This document shows positions 6,935 to 8,066 of a DNA stretch of 8,066 nucleotides, piece after piece (within the stretch, counting starts at the first letter, position 1; every line of letters begins with the position of its first letter). Location of the stretch: contig NW_021828525.1 in assembly GCF_006345805.1 (NCBI RefSeq), forward strand, positions 1 through 8,066. The letters are read 5' to 3'. Position numbers and translations under genes: made by a program. Below the pieces are notes generated by a model that was given only the letters and a program-made list of their open reading frames with translations, did no database searches and had not been told where the DNA came from. Source of the DNA: Octopus sinensis (Eukaryota).

Positions 6935-7873
6935 TACGACGGGCTTCTTTCAGTTTCCGTCTATCAAATCCTCTCTCAAGGCTTTGGTCGGACCGAGGCT
7001 ATAGTAGAAGACACCCGCCCAAGGTGCCATGCAGTGGGAATGAACCTGGATCCATGTGGTTGGGAAGCAATCTTATTTCTTTATTGCCCACAAGGGGCTA
7101 AACACAGAGGGGACAAACAAAGACAGACAAACGGATTAAACCGATTATATCGACACCAGTGCGTAACTGGTACGTATTTAATCGGCCCCGAAAGGATGAA
7201 AGGCAAAGTTGACCTCGGCGGAGTTTGAACTCAGAACGTAACGGCAGACGAAATACCTATTTCTTTACTACCCACAAGGGGCTAAACACAGAGAGGACAA
7301 ACAAGGACAGACAAACGGATTAAGTCGATTATATCGACACCAGTGCGCAACTGGTACTTATTTAATCTACTCCGAAAGGATGAAAGGCAAAGTCGACTTC
7401 GGCGGAATTTAAACTCAGAACGTAACGGCAGACGAAATACCTATTTCTTTACTACCCACAAGGGGCTAAACACAGAGAGGACAAACAAGGACAGACAAAC
7501 GGATTAAGTCGATTATATCGACACCAGTGCGCAACTGGTACTTATTTAATCTACTCCGAAAGGATGAAAGGCAAAGTCGACTTCGGCGGAATTTAAACTC
7601 AGAACGTAACGGCAGACGAAATACCTATTTCTTTACTACCCACAAGGGGCTAAACACAGAGGGGACAAACAAGGACAGACAAACGGATTAAGTCGATTAT
7701 ATCGACACCAGTGCGCAACTGGTACTTATTTAATCTACTCCGAAAGGATGAAAGGCAAAGTCGACTTCGGCGGAATTTAAACTCAGAACGTAGTGACAGA
7801 CGAAATACCGCTAAGCATTTCGCCCGGCGTGCTAACGATTCTGCCAGCAATTTTCTTACCACACAACCGTGCA
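6935..7873 (-). mobile_element. tRNA-derived SINE (octopus OR-like), split into 6935-7071 and 7846-7873 by a nested insertion
   Basis: Rejoined minus strand: A-box-like cggttgtgtggt, B-box-like ggttcattccc, caccttgggcgggtgtctt core, tail gaaagaagcccgtcgta running into (CA)n. The family name is from recall. Confidence 0.8.
7074..7848 (-). mobile_element. Head-to-tail array of a tRNA-derived SINE (octopus OK-like, Meta-domain-like core): 4 x 184-bp units plus one head
   Basis: cccacaagggg recurs at 7087, 7271, 7455 and 7639 (period 184). Single A box tggcagaatcg at 7846-7836, a B box in every unit, core gcctttcatcctttcgg..taaataagtaccag. AGCAAT is duplicated at 7066-7071 and 7846-7851. Confidence 0.92.
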
Positions 7874-8066
7874 CATTGTGTCTTGTTTCTTTTTTTAAAA
7901 AAAGGCTATTTTAATGCGTGTATATAACATATGCAGAATATATTGAACGATGATTGTTTATCTTATTTTATTAATCAAACTTGTATATGACAAAATTATA
8001 AATAATTATGAAAAAATTTAGATTTATGCGTGTGCATATGTGTGTTGTTGTGCAAGTCTGTAGTTG

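Noticed and set aside
7074-7809. 184-bp array as a CRISPR array, hammerhead retrozyme or tRNA gene cluster
   Set aside because: No unique spacers, no CUGANGA..GAAA fold found on either strand, and no complete cloverleaf. The units are SINE bodies.
6594-7914. ORFs 6594-6785, 6856-7101, 6920-7228, 7650-7874 and 7711-7914
   Set aside because: Antisense to the PLE linker or chance frames within SINE sequence.

Overview
AT-rich, repeat-saturated animal DNA with no intact gene. The SINE types and microsatellite load suggest an octopus/cephalopod genome (inference from recalled sequences, not a search). Most ORFs in the supplied track are microsatellite artefacts. Contents from left to right: (1) a long (TATG)n array at 118-830 and mixed TA/TG/CA microsatellites; (2) a heavily decayed, internally deleted hAT transposase on the minus strand (about 2606-3694) that the ORF track does not show, with possible termini near 1197 and 4440 and a 126-bp hairpin-bearing direct repeat on either side; (3) a short insert between (TA)n tracts (1806-2218) carrying a degenerate hammerhead-like motif; (4) an old tRNA-derived SINE (about 3705-3909); (5) a rearranged Penelope-like retroelement (4721-6726) with a type I hammerhead candidate near its 3' end, whose GIY-YIG endonuclease is split exactly at the Y|MG motif by an inverted 593-bp piece of Penelope-type reverse transcriptase; (6) a tRNA-SINE (6935-7873) interrupted by a 4 x 184-bp head-to-tail array of a second SINE with precise self-complementary junctions.
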